Assembly (NCBI GenBank): GCA_965287045.1
Contig: OZ336870.1
Coordinates: forward strand, 111,848,001 to 111,912,000
Reading direction: 5' to 3'
Origin: Carcharhinus amblyrhynchos
Lineage: Eukaryota
Length of the DNA stretch: 64,000 nucleotides
The position numbers and the translations under genes were made by a program. The first letter of the stretch is position 1; every line of letters begins with the position of its first letter. Shown piece by piece: positions 38,230-49,249 of the stretch. The notes under the pieces were generated by a model. That model was not told where the DNA came from and made no database searches. It was given only the letters and a program-made list of their open reading frames with translations.

Positions 38230-38860
38230 ATGTGAGCAAGGTGGATTAGATAATATTGTAATGACATCCTCTATGGTTTCAGACCCACCATAAGCCACTA
38301 GTCTCTGTCTTGATAGTTCCAATAATGACCAGTATCATCTCTTTTGTGGTTGTCCACTGCTGCCTGGGGTTATGTGCCACCTAGTCCTGTAAGAGAGAGG
38401 GAAGTGTGTCAGTGAGTGTGAAGCAACATGTTTGGGTGATATGCCTGACACAGATGAACAGTTGGCATTATGTGGGGTGCTGAGCGTGGGAGGGTGACGT
38501 AAACCTATGAATGTTGGGTGTGAGTCATGATTGATGGAAAGTGTTGTGGGTGAGCGAAGGGAATGTGAGCAGAGAAGTGCGTACAGCTAGAAGTTCATTT
38601 GTAAGGATATGGCACAGGAAGATGTAATCACTGAGATGAATCACTCATGTGAAGTCATTGAACTTTTTGTAGTGTTGTATCCAGCTTCTTTGGGTTAGAT
38701 TACTGCCATTGACCACAAAGACAATCTGCTCCCCTGCTTCCATAGTAGCATCTGTCTTCCTTGGCCTCTGAAGGAAGAGGATGTCTTTCTTCATGTCTAT
38801 CTCTTTCACCAGGCTCTCCAGTGCTGCATCATTGAACTTTGGAGCACAGGTTCTGGCCTT
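38230..38860 (-). pseudogene. Harbinger Myb/SANT-like DNA-binding partner gene remnant (spliced, convergent with the transposase)
   Basis: 38860-38648 minus: APKFNDAALESLVKEIDMKKDILF...EQIVFVVNGSNLTQRSWIQHYKKFNDFT*. A next exon-like segment after cttacag reads D*VAHNPRQQ (compare EK.AHN.RE). Confidence 0.7.
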
Positions 38861-39951
38861 TCACATTATTTTCATTCGTACCCCTGCACAAAGATGGTTC
38901 TTTACCCAGTTTCAGCATTTCCCTTTAAGAATTGCAGATTGCCTTTAAGTTGTGCAGGCTAGCTTGACGTGGTGCTAGCTTCACATGAACTTCGGGATCT
39001 GCAGCATGCTGCCATCATAAAAATGTTTAGATAGCACCAAGTTTGTGTAGCACTTTGAATCATGAACCATGTTGCAATTTTCATGTCCATTCCAGGCCTT
39101 CTCCAGTTCCTCCCTGGAGCTTCAGTGAGAATTTGGTTTGTCTCCTTCCTAATAGATTCTACCTATTAGGAAATACAGAATGAAGAAAGACTTTGACACT
39201 GACTGTGACTATTCAAATCCATTCCAATTTGTTGCGCAACATTTTACTTAATCACAGCCCAGATCTTCATTCTTTTTCAAGTTTTAATGAATAGTAGGAA
39301 TTGAAAAGTGATGGCAGCATGATTTAACCTTCTAACTTTTCCATCTAATCTGTGCTTACGGTCTTTCTGGGCCATCTGTTTCATTCAAAAGGTCAGACAA
39401 ACAATATGTTCCCAGCCCGACACCAACCTTGATCAATCTAAAAGATAATTGTGGATGAGGAAGATCCTTCTTAATTCACTCTTCCACTCAAAAATCCTCA
39501 ATTCTACCTATTGCAGCATCCAGTTATGTTTTAGGTAATTTGGTCAACTCTGTCAGTATAGCTGAGAGTCATTCCATGTGTTGATCTCTTTTGTTTGAAG
39601 TAGACCTTGTTGATAACAGTCCTAATCGTGTCCTTTACCACTTTGACTTTGACTTTCTGTCCCATTTTTCTACTCTCATGATCTAATTGAAAGCAATGCT
39701 TTGGGATTACATTTTCACTTTGTTTTTCATCCCAACTAACTCCAGAATGTAATTTCGCCTTCCAAGATTTCCCAGTCTTTACTCTTAATTCTGGCCTCTC
39801 CTTCTCAAGAAGCATCTGGCCTTTGCCTGTTTCTGCTCCTTGGTGACATAGCTGAGAAGCAGTACTCATTGGAGCAGAACCATTTGCCTGGACACAACTA
39901 CTCGCTGGTGACACCTGCTGGTGTGACAATGCATTGTACGAGAAGAAATGA

Positions 39952-40530
39952 TTTTTTTCATTTATTATTGTCTCTGTATTAGTAGACAGTGAAAAGTATT
40001 GCTTCTTGCACGTTGTACAAACAAAGCATACCATACATAGAGAAGGAAAGGAGAGAGTGCAGAATGTAGTGTTATGGTCATAGCTAGGACGTAGAGAAAG
40101 ATCAACTTAATGCAAGGCAGGTCCATTCAGAAGTTTGATGGCAGCAGGGAAGATGCTGTTCTTGAGTCGGTTGGTATGCGTCCTCAGACTTTTGTATCTT
40201 TTCCCCATTGGAAAAAGGTGGAAGAGAGTATGTCCAGGGTGCGTGGAGTCTTTAATTATGCTGGTTGTTTTTCTGAGGCAGTGGGAAGTATAGAGAGTGT
40301 CAATGAATGGGAGGCTGGTTTGCATGATGGACTGGGCTTCGTTCTTGGCCCTTTGTAGTTTTTTGTGGTCTTGGACAGAGCAGGGGCCACACCAAGCTCT
40401 GATACAACCAGAAAGAATGCTTCACATGGTGCATCCGTGAAAGTTGGTGAGAGTCATAGCGGACATACCAAATTTCCATAGCCTTCTGAGAAAGTAGAGG
40501 TGTTGGTGGGCTTTCTTAACTAAAGCATCG
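39952..40530 (-). mobile_element. Rex1/Babar LINE 3' fragment
   Basis: QTSLPFIDTLYTSHCLRKTTSIIKDSTHPGHTLFHLFPMGKRYKSLRTHTNRLKNS; same 3' UTR as the 13180 copy. Confidence 0.9.
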
Positions 40531-40702
40531 GTGTTCCATTTGAAGTCAGGTTTAGAACTATTAGAGGAACATTACAGGAACACCATTTAAGACAAATTAC
40601 CTTTGAAAGATTTCCAATAGCAAGATCAACTCATCTATTATCATTAGGTTTATCAGTGATTTTGCTGGCATGTTTGAAAATACATTTAAAAAGCCAACAG
40701 GA

Positions 40703-41142
40703 CTTAAGAACATAAGAACTAGGAGCAGGAGTAGGCCATGTGGCTCCTCGAGTCTGCTCCGCCATTCAATAAGATCATGGCTGATCTTTTTGTGGACTTA
40801 GCTCCACTTACCCGCCCACTCACCATAACCCCTAATTCTTTACTGTTCAAAAATTTATCTATCCTTGCCTTAAAAACATTCAATGAGATAACCTCAACTG
40901 CTTTACGGGGCAGGGAATTCCACAGATTCACAACCCTTTGTGTGAAGAAGTTCCTCCTCAACTCCGGCCTAAATCTGCTTCCCCTTATTTTCAGGCTATG
41001 CTCCCTAGTTCTAGTTTCTTCCGCCAGTGGAAACAAATTCCCTAATTCTATCTTATCTATTCCCTTCATAATCTTATATGTTACTATAAAATCTCCCCTC
41101 ATTCTTCTGAATTCCAATAAGTATAGCCCCAGTCTTCTCAGT
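40703..41142 (-). mobile_element. CR1 (HER1-like) LINE 3' end
   Basis: LRRLGLYLLEFRRMRGDFIVTYKIMKGIDK...RRNFFTQRVVNLWNSLP; tail (taagaaca)n. Confidence 0.92.
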
Positions 41143-42303
41143 TTACAATCCATCAGGCAAGGTGTGATGTTTAATAAACTGCATTTCCTAGAAATATGCC
41201 ACAATTTAGATATAATAAACCTCAGAGTGAAAGATGAATATGCTTTAGTCAAGGGTATGACTTTTACATGGTGTAGCCAGTGATTTTAACTCTGCAAGTG
41301 GTTGGATTTTGAATGAGCTAAAATCTTGCATGAAATGCATTTCTGCTATTATTCAATGTTACTTTTTAATATCTGGCCATATTAGGTATTCTCAACCAGA
41401 AGTAAATGTTGTGGGGTATCTGGTCTGGTTGGCAGGTGATTTAAATAAAGAGTACAGATTGGGAAGGGAGCACTGTTGGGTTGCAGGCTGCCAACTTGCG
41501 CCTTAGCCTCACTGTACATACTGGATTTGATTGAAATTCAGTGCGTGTGTACGGTTTCTGCTATTACAAAGCAGTTTCACCTGGGGACAAGGCTGAACCA
41601 ATGAACAGAATTGACCTTCTAATGGTGGAACTTCTATCTGATGCTCTGTCACCTTTGGAACCCCCAGCCCAGGGGGTCCCTGGGTCAAAGTTTATACCTT
41701 TTGCTAAGTGGTTACCTGTCAGGTTTTTGAGGAACGTTGCTCCTCCTTTCAGTGCCTCAACAGTGCTACGGCAGACCATTGCCCACGTAGCACACAAGAG
41801 ATGACTGGACAGTAGAGGAGCTTAAAATATCTAGAGCCTGGCACCTTGGCAGACATCTGCAGAAATGGAAGCCTGCACTATAAGGTTAGTGAGTGCAACA
41901 TTGGAGCAGGAGGAAAGTACTCCGAGGCCCCCTCCCTATCCATGATGTGGTGGGAAGGAAGGATTTCTTCGGCCAAGTCCTAGGATAAGGTTGTGAATTG
42001 GCAGTACGTGAGGGAAGTTAGTTTAGGCTCAGCTACTCCCCTTCCAAATAACATGTGGTGGTTGGGAAAGGCAAGACAAGTGGTCCTGGCAAGAGTAGGA
42101 GAAATAGATTGCAGTCAGAAAAATGAGGCAGCCATAGGTAGGACTATAGAGAATGATAGCTATGATGTTAGCTGCCAGGAATTGTGAGCTGGGCTTCGTT
42201 TTCACAGGAATCTCAGCATGTCTCTAACATCGGTAATAAACAACCTGACCCTGCATTGATTTATAAATTATTGTCTCTCTGTTTTTCTGAAATGCAGGAA
42301 AGC

Positions 42304-42480
42304 ATGCCACAAACACCAACCTTTGCAGCAATGTTCAACAGCAGTGGCTACAGCCGACACCTGTACTCATCCAGGGAGGAGAATTGTGGAGGTCTGTTTT
42401 ACCATGACAACAACCTTGTGTCAGGGTCTCTGGAGGCACTGATCCAACACCTTGTGCCCACAGTGGACTACTATCCTGAT
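42304..42480 (+). CDS. RASGEF1B: RasGEF domain family member 1B-like, first coding exon (exon spans 42298-42480; 6-nt 5' UTR then ATG)
   Basis: Translates MPQTPTFAAMFNSSGYSRHLYSSREENCGGLFYHDNNLVSGSLEALIQHLVPTVDYYPD, closely matching the recalled vertebrate RASGEF1B N-terminus. Pyrimidine tract and tgcag acceptor end at 42297, ATG context agcATG, donor GAT|gtatgt at 42481. Confidence 0.93.
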
Positions 42481-43339
42481 GTATGTATAATTCAACTGTG
42501 TCTGCATATATTTCACAGAGGAATTGTTTTGCATAAAAATGTATGCCAACAGATTGTTAAAGTGTCACCGTGGCACAATGGCACAGAGGTAATTTGGCCT
42601 TTGGTATGGATCAAAGCAGAAGATGTGAAGCAGCCAAGGTGGCCAGAATGCTTTGCCTTCTCTGCTAGCAGCTTTAGTAAAACTGGCAGACAGCAAACAG
42701 CTTTGGTGTAAAAAGAATAGAAAATTCCTCGCCCAACAGGAGTCCAGCACATCGTCACTGCATATTCCCAAAGCACGCCGGATTATTAGGAAAGTTGAGA
42801 ATTTTGCCTTGAGTCTTTTCTGTCTGTTGTTTGATATCTTCTGGACAGCAGTGCAAACATTTGATTTGGAGACAAAAGTAGTAAATATTTTTGGAGCATG
42901 ATTTGCAGAATATTTTTCACGCATGTGGGTTACTTGGGAGTTATGCTGGGGGAACAATAATAAGAGTGTATCAACAACAAGATGATTAAGAAATTTATTG
43001 GAAACTGCAGAGACGCAGAGGAGCTCAGCACTCCATCAAAAACATCCCTTTTGGCCCTCCCTATATGATCATCAAAAGATAATTAGGAAGTTACCTATAG
43101 TTCTGCTTTTGATGTCCTGCAGAGAGTAGAATGTTAATTAATGCAGAATGAAGGTTGCAAATCAGCACGTCTGTATTATTAATACACATGAAGCATAAAT
43201 GTTCAGTGGCAGCTCAACAAATGCAAACTTTGTGATTTAGATATTGGCACTAATACCAGAGAATGACTTCAATTGTTCAACAAATACAGAATTAATTTTT
43301 CATTACTCATATCATAACGTTTCACTGGAGTATTTTTGC

Positions 43340-43890
43340 ATAAGAATAAAGGAAATAGGAACAGGAGTTGGCCACTGAGCCCTTTGGGCCTGTTCCACCT
43401 TTCAACCAGATCATGGCTGCTCTTCCACCTTCCCGCCATTTTCCCACACTATCTTCATAATTCCTTGATATCTTTAATATCTAGAAACCTATTGATCACA
43501 GTTTTGAATATACTCAATGACTGAGCCACTGCAGCCCCTTCCAAAGATTTACCATCCTCTGAGTTAAGAAATTCCACCTCACCTCAGTCCTCAATGGCTT
43601 ACCTCTTACTTTGGGATTGTGTTGCCTGGTTCTAAACCCTCTAGCCAAGGAAAATGTCCTTCCTTCATCCTACAAGTGAGCCCTGTAAGAATTTTGTATG
43701 TTTTAGTAAGATCATCTGTTACTCGTCTAAATTTTAGAGATTCTCAATGCATACCAACATATTGCCCTCAATCACACGTGCTCTAATTTTATTTATTAAC
43801 CTTTTGAGTGAGACCTTATTGGAGGCCTTCTAAAGTCCACACCCACTGGTTCCTACTTATCTATTCTGGTAGTTACATCCTCAAAAATCT
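43340..43890 (-). mobile_element. CR1 LINE 3' remnant
   Basis: ataggaacaggagttggcca...agatcatggctg...accatcctctgagttaagaaattcc, homologous to the 40703 copy. Confidence 0.8.
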
Positions 43891-43892
43891 TG

Positions 43893-44820
43893 AAGGGATT
43901 CTCTCAAATAAGTTCTAAGTGTTCAATTTGTGCGAAAGCTGGAGTAAATCTCTCTGTTTTTTTCAGTGGGAGTTGAGAGAAGAATTCCCCACTCTGTGCA
44001 CTGCAGAGGCCACCAATGTGAATATCATTAAATTTCAGGGGGTGAGGCCTATTCCCACTGGAGAGGCTGAAATCAGTGCGCTGAGCGGGCTACTGCACAT
44101 GTGCCAATCTGTCAATGCCGAGATCAGCACATACATAGAGGCTCCGCACTGTTGGCCTCCTGATTACCGGCCAGCTCAATTGCTGGCCAGCCCTGCAATA
44201 CTGGCTCTCCGCCACTTCATGGCCGCGATTGCTGGCCTCTGCTTCCCCCACTGACCTCTATGCAGAGTGGCAGCAGGCAGTCCACCCCACCGATTGCGCT
44301 GTCGGTCCCACCCCATCAGGCCCTCCCACGAGGCCCCACCCCCATGGCACTGTGCCCCTTGGGTATTGCCACTGTCCCCTTGGACAGTGCCAGGTGCACA
44401 GGCTGGCACTGCCAAGGTGCCAATGCCCTGGTGACATTCCCACTGCCCGATCCTCTGGGGAGGCTCCGATTGCCTCCTCTTCAGTCCAGCAGGGTCAGGC
44501 TGCTAGCTCCCTGAAAGTGGGGAGCTACTGTAATCCCCGTTGGAGTAAAACACTCTGGCGGGGGATGGGGGGGGAGGGGATGGTAGGAAGAGGCAAATGG
44601 GCCCAGAGAATTCAGTCCTGGGCCCACTCATTGTATTTAGATTATATTACAATGACCATGGAAGTAGTCTTTGAGTCTCCCCACCAGATTCCAGTGCGGA
44701 GCAGACACCGCTGAAATTCTGGCACCGGGAGACACAATTGGGGCACGAATGCTCATGCAAACCCTCGAATCGGCTGATGTGAACATCTCCTGGCCCACTG
44801 CGCTAACTTCCGAAATACAC
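43893..44820. mobile_element. GC-rich non-autonomous DNA transposon (Harbinger-like)
   Basis: Starts gggattctc as in the MITE TIRs; internal ggcactgcc/gtgcca motifs shared with the related segment at about 52030-52640. Confidence 0.5.
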
Positions 44821-45309
44821 AGCATCCTTACTGAGAACCATATTGCTAATGCTCCACTGTCACTGGGTCAATTCTGGAACTCCCTTCCTACCAGCATTGT
44901 GACTGTAACTACATCACATGGACAACAGCTATTCAAGAAGGTGGGTCACGATCACCTTCTCAAGGCAATTACAGCTGGGCCTAGTCAGCGATTTCTGTAT
45001 TCCAGGGATGACTGAGAAATTTGCATGTTTTGAAACCCCAATGGGCTGTGGCACTGATAAGTAATAGATGACAGCTTCGTACCTGCAATTCTGCATGCAA
45101 AGAGTTACTGAAATCTGCACTGCCATTGTGGCAACCTGGTGCAAGACCTTTCTCAACAGAGGGAAACAGAAATTTAAAAAGGAGGTCTGGACCCCGGGCA
45201 TGGCATCCCCCACTTTCTCAGTTTGGTATGGTGAATTGATTAATGAAAGAGAAAAAAAAAGCAGTATGCTCTAACTCCTTCAAGATCTACGTTTTTAAGA
45301 CTTTGGCTT

Positions 45310-45606
45310 AATAAAGTTTATTTATTAGTGTCACTAGTAGGCTTACATTAACACTGCAATGAAGTTACTGTGAACATCCCCTAGTTGCCAAACTCCAACA
45401 CCTGTTTGGGTACACAGAGGCAGAATTTAGCACGACCAATACATCTAACCAGCATGTCTTTTGGAATGTGGGAGGAAACCAGACAAAACCTACACAGACA
45501 CAGGGAGGACGTGCAAACTCTGCACAGAAAGTGACCCATGCCAGGAGTCGAACCTGGGTCTTTGGTGCTGTGAGGCAGCAGTGCTAACCACTGTGCCACT
45601 GTGCCG
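45310..45606 (-). mobile_element. V-SINE with HE1-like head and alternative tail
   Basis: Reverse complement of the 11035 element (aagtttatttattag...gtgctaaccactgtgccactgtgcc). Confidence 0.88.
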
Positions 45607-46729
45607 ACCCAAACTAGCTAGTAGTTTGTTTGTTTTATAATTTCTGTGAAAGAATACTGAGTGCAACCACCTTTGTGTATCATTGCGTAGTTTTCCCTGA
45701 ACTGACCTGCAGGAGCAAGGCCGGTTACAACACTGGGGAAACTGGGCATTCTGGATTTCCATGCCCCCTCCTGCTTCGTCTGCCGCTGAGATGTTTAATC
45801 TCAACAGCTTGTCTTTGACATTAGTGATCGGTTCCCCATCCTGTCAGCTGGGGCTTCAGTTGGGCAGAGAGCTGATCCCTGATAACAGCAGCAGCAGCAG
45901 CTAAGTCCCCGGGTGGCAGTTTTCGATCTGGGATAGGAGGGGGCCACAGTTGGTGGAGGGAGCTGCTGTTCATAGTGAATGGGGGAGATTGGGACCTTTG
46001 GGTGGGTGGGTGGGGCTCAAAGTCAAACTCTGGTGGGCATGGGCCTGGGGAGATTGCGACACATGAGAGCACAGCCCCGTTGTGGATGGAGGGCGTGGTT
46101 GAGGTATGAATTTGAGGTCATGGTTAAGGGATTTGAGATCTTGTGTTGGGTCAGCAATGGGATAACATCAGGACATGATGGAAGGGATCAGGGTCTGGTG
46201 ACAGGGGAAATCAGGGCCTGGTGGGAGGAGTGATCTAGGCTTGGCGACCTAGTCCAGGGGGACATTTAAGGGAGTACATTCTACGGAGGCTCCTCAAGCA
46301 GGCGTTACCTGTCTACATGGGAATTCCAAGGGGTAAGTGTGAAGGCAATTATTTCCTGATTCCACAAAGTCTTCACCTTGAGGGTGCTGCTTGTGACCTG
46401 CACAATTCAGGAAACCTAATCGACTGCTGTTAAATTCAAAATTAGCCTTATTATTGTTATATCTAAAGTTGCAGACTACCCCCTTGAATCAGGTTGGCTG
46501 CCTGATCATCTTGCAGCTTCAGTACAGTTGGAATTAGGAAGGTTTGAGGCTGGTTTGGGTGGTGAAGGAGATTTCTGAGACTTTTACACTCCATTCCCAC
46601 CCAGCAAAAGCCTTCACATTCTTCTCAGTTTAAACTGCCGTCATTACCTCCAAATGAAGGCAGTTGGACCAAGAGTAGTTAAACACAATTCATTTCTGAG
46701 AGTGAGCTTTCCTTGTCTTTCTCTTGCAG

Positions 46730-46852
46730 AGAACATATGTATTTACCTTCCTGCTCAGCTCTCGTCTTTTCATCCGGCCATATGAGCTCCTCGCCAAGGT
46801 TTGCCTCATGTGCATTGAGCAACAGAGACTGAATGAGGCCATTTTAGATAAG
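46730..46852 (+). CDS. RASGEF1B: RasGEF1B-like coding exon 2 (REM/RasGEF_N domain)
   Basis: ctttctcttgcag acceptor; RTYVFTFLLSSRLFIRPYELLAKVCLMCIEQQRLNEAILDK; donor AAG|gtgaga; 123 nt, phase 0-0. Confidence 0.95.
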
Positions 46853-47084
46853 GTGAGATTGTCAAGGGACACTTTCTGTTTGCCTGGAGACTGATGATTT
46901 TGCAAACACTAATAAAAGAACATTTTTCTGAGCCTTTCCTCTCATAATTAATGGAATACAGTTTCCATTTATGTGCTGTAAGTGATTTTCTTCTGTTAAT
47001 TTTTAATGAAAGAAAGTATGTTTAATGTCTCACAATTAGACGATGCCAGTGTCCTACAGATGAAATGCTAACTTGCATTTATAA

Positions 47085-47422
47085 AATTCTAACAGGGTTA
47101 GACAGATTCAGAAAGAATGTTCCCAATGGTGGGCTGTCCAGAACTAAGGGTGATAGTTTGAGGATAAAAGATAAACCTTTAAGAACCGAAAAAGAAGAAA
47201 TTTCTTCACCCAGAAGGTGGTGAATGTGTGGAATTCACTATCACCGAGTGTAGTTGAGGCCAAAATGTTGTGTGATTTCAAGAAGAAATTAGACTGGGGC
47301 TAAAGGGATCGAAGGATGGGAGGAGGAAGGGGGTATCAGGATACTGAATTTGATCAGCTATGATCATAGTGAGTGTTGGAGTAGGCTGGAAGGACCTACT
47401 CCTGCTTCTAGTTTCTATGTTC
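47085..47422 (+). mobile_element. CR1 LINE 3' end in the intron just before coding exon 3
   Basis: agaaatttcttcacccagaaggtggtgaatgtgtggaattc...cctactcctgcttctagtttctatgtt. Confidence 0.85.
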
Positions 47423-47465
47423 CTAAATCTGTTGTAATTAAATCCAATTTTCTGACTGATTGCAG

Positions 47466-47603
47466 GCCAAAATAAGAAAATTTGCGCCAAAAATAGTGCA
47501 GCTGTTGGCTGAATGGACGGAGACATTTCCCTACGATTTTCGAGACGAAAGGATGATGAGAAACTTAAAGGACATGACACACAAGATAACCACTTTGGAT
47601 GAG
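47466..47603 (+). CDS. RASGEF1B: RasGEF1B-like coding exon 3
   Basis: ttgcag acceptor; AKIRKFAPKIVQLLAEWTETFPYDFRDERMMRNLKDMTHKITTLDE; donor GAG|gttagt; 138 nt, phase 0-0. Confidence 0.95.
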
Positions 47604-48226
47604 GTTAGTTATTTGGAAACAGCAGCTCGTCTATATTTGAATTATTAGGAATAGTTAATGGCAAATTAATAGTGCTTTCTGTGAAAAGTAAAAGGAAACA
47701 CCAACCTGAGCAAATAAAACAAATAACTGGAAGAAATGGGAATTGAATCCAAACAGATGACAGATTTATAGCTCATATCCACACGGTTTATCATTAATTA
47801 TGTCAGTTATGCATTGCCATAATTACCATATTTTGCAAGGAGCATCAGGCACCTATGATTAAACCCAGCTAAACTAATTTATTTATTTCTTACTTCTGAA
47901 GAAAGTCTAGACTCAGGTTTACATCATCTTGTTTTGAAGCATAACATTAGTAATTAAGTATTTAACTGCATGTTTATCAGTTTGGTGTGTGCTTGGAGAT
48001 ATATATTGGCCTTGACATTTACAGCTGGAGATTACAAAATTAGAGGGAGGAGTGGAATTTTAGATGTGAACTTACATGGTTTGAAGCATGTGACTTATCT
48101 CCTTGGGCTTTCCTGTTCTGCCAAGGAGGGAGGACTCCAGCCAGGGTACAGGAACAGCTTTTGCTCGGATCCAGGAGTGATGTTCAGGCATCTGATCCCC
48201 AACCCTAGGAGGGATCTTTGCCTGGA

Positions 48227-49017
48227 CATGTGCCATTTCATGCTTCTCAAAAGCATTCCTGTGTTTCATTCAATGGCATTTTGTTTCTGAGAGTTAAGAA
48301 TTTTAAATCCAAAATCCAAAAAGGTTTGGGAGTTAGGGGGACATATGCCTGCCCCTGCTGGCCCACAAGCAATGCTGTAAAGGTACTTATCATCTCCTTA
48401 AAGTTGCCCTCGCCTCCCTTCAGCTGTCTGGTTTTCTAAGGCCTGAGAAACCTGGCCAGTCACTGTCAAATCAGAGGCTGTTTCTTTAAAATATTTTAAA
48501 TTGGTGGAACGGTGGCACAGTGGTTAGCACTGCTGCCTCACAGCACCAGGGGCCCAGGTTCACTGTCTGTGTGGCGTTTGCACGTTCTACCCATTTCTGT
48601 GTGGGTTTCCGCTGGGTGCTCCAGTTTCCTCCCACAGTCCAAAGATGTGTGGGTTAGGCTGATTGGCCATGCTAAATTAACGCTTGAGTCAGAGGATTAG
48701 CAGGATAAATACGTGGGGTTACAGGAATAGGGCCTGGGTGGGATTGTGGTTGGTGCAGACTTGATGGGCTGAATGGCCTCCTTCAGATTCTATGATTCTA
48801 CTGTCTCACGTCCCAGCAGTAGTTTATCTGCCTGTCTCTTGTTCCTGCCTCCACTTAAACCATAAATAGGCAATTGTGGATGGGCTAAAAATGCTAAAGA
48901 TTAGCATCTGACCAGCCACAACTACTCATTTTTGGATTTAAAATTCTTAATTCTTAGAAACAAAATGCCATTGAATGAAACACAGGAATGCTTTTGAGAA
49001 GCATGAAATGGCACATG
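48227..49017. repeat. 88-bp inverted repeat (48227-48314 / 48930-49017) with a 615-nt spacer
   Basis: catgtgccatttcatgcttctcaaaagc...aaatccaaaa versus ttttggattt...gcttttgagaagcatgaaatggcacatg; 86 of 88 positions complementary. Confidence 0.95.
48505..48800 (+). mobile_element. HE1-type V-SINE (inside the inverted-repeat spacer)
   Basis: acggtggcacagtggttagcactgctgcctcacag...ggcctcc...gattctatgattcta. Confidence 0.9.
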
Positions 49018-49249
49018 GTTTGCAGTGGAAGGTGAGTAATAAAAAACAACACTTATGGATTGTTGGTGATTCATACCAGAGGTGCTGACCATGGGCTGAA
49101 GTGCAATCCTAGATTTAGAACCATATTTTTCTTAACTGTATCACAGCGTTAACATGCCACATTGTCTGTGTTCAAAATATTGACCTGCCCTAGCTTACCT
49201 TTTCTAATTCATCTATAGGGGGATGGGGCTCCCAAATTCATGCTTATCT

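Noticed and set aside
40719-41283. Overlapping 177-aa and 181-aa ORFs
   Set aside because: CR1 ORF2 C-terminus and its antisense frame, not host genes.
42184-42711. 175-aa ORF as a complete protein
   Set aside because: Only 42304-42480 matches RasGEF1; the flanks are intron read-through past clear splice sites.
43919-45015. Cluster of GC-rich overlapping ORFs / apparent CpG island
   Set aside because: Lies within a repeat that has a related copy near 52030; no splice or protein-family support.
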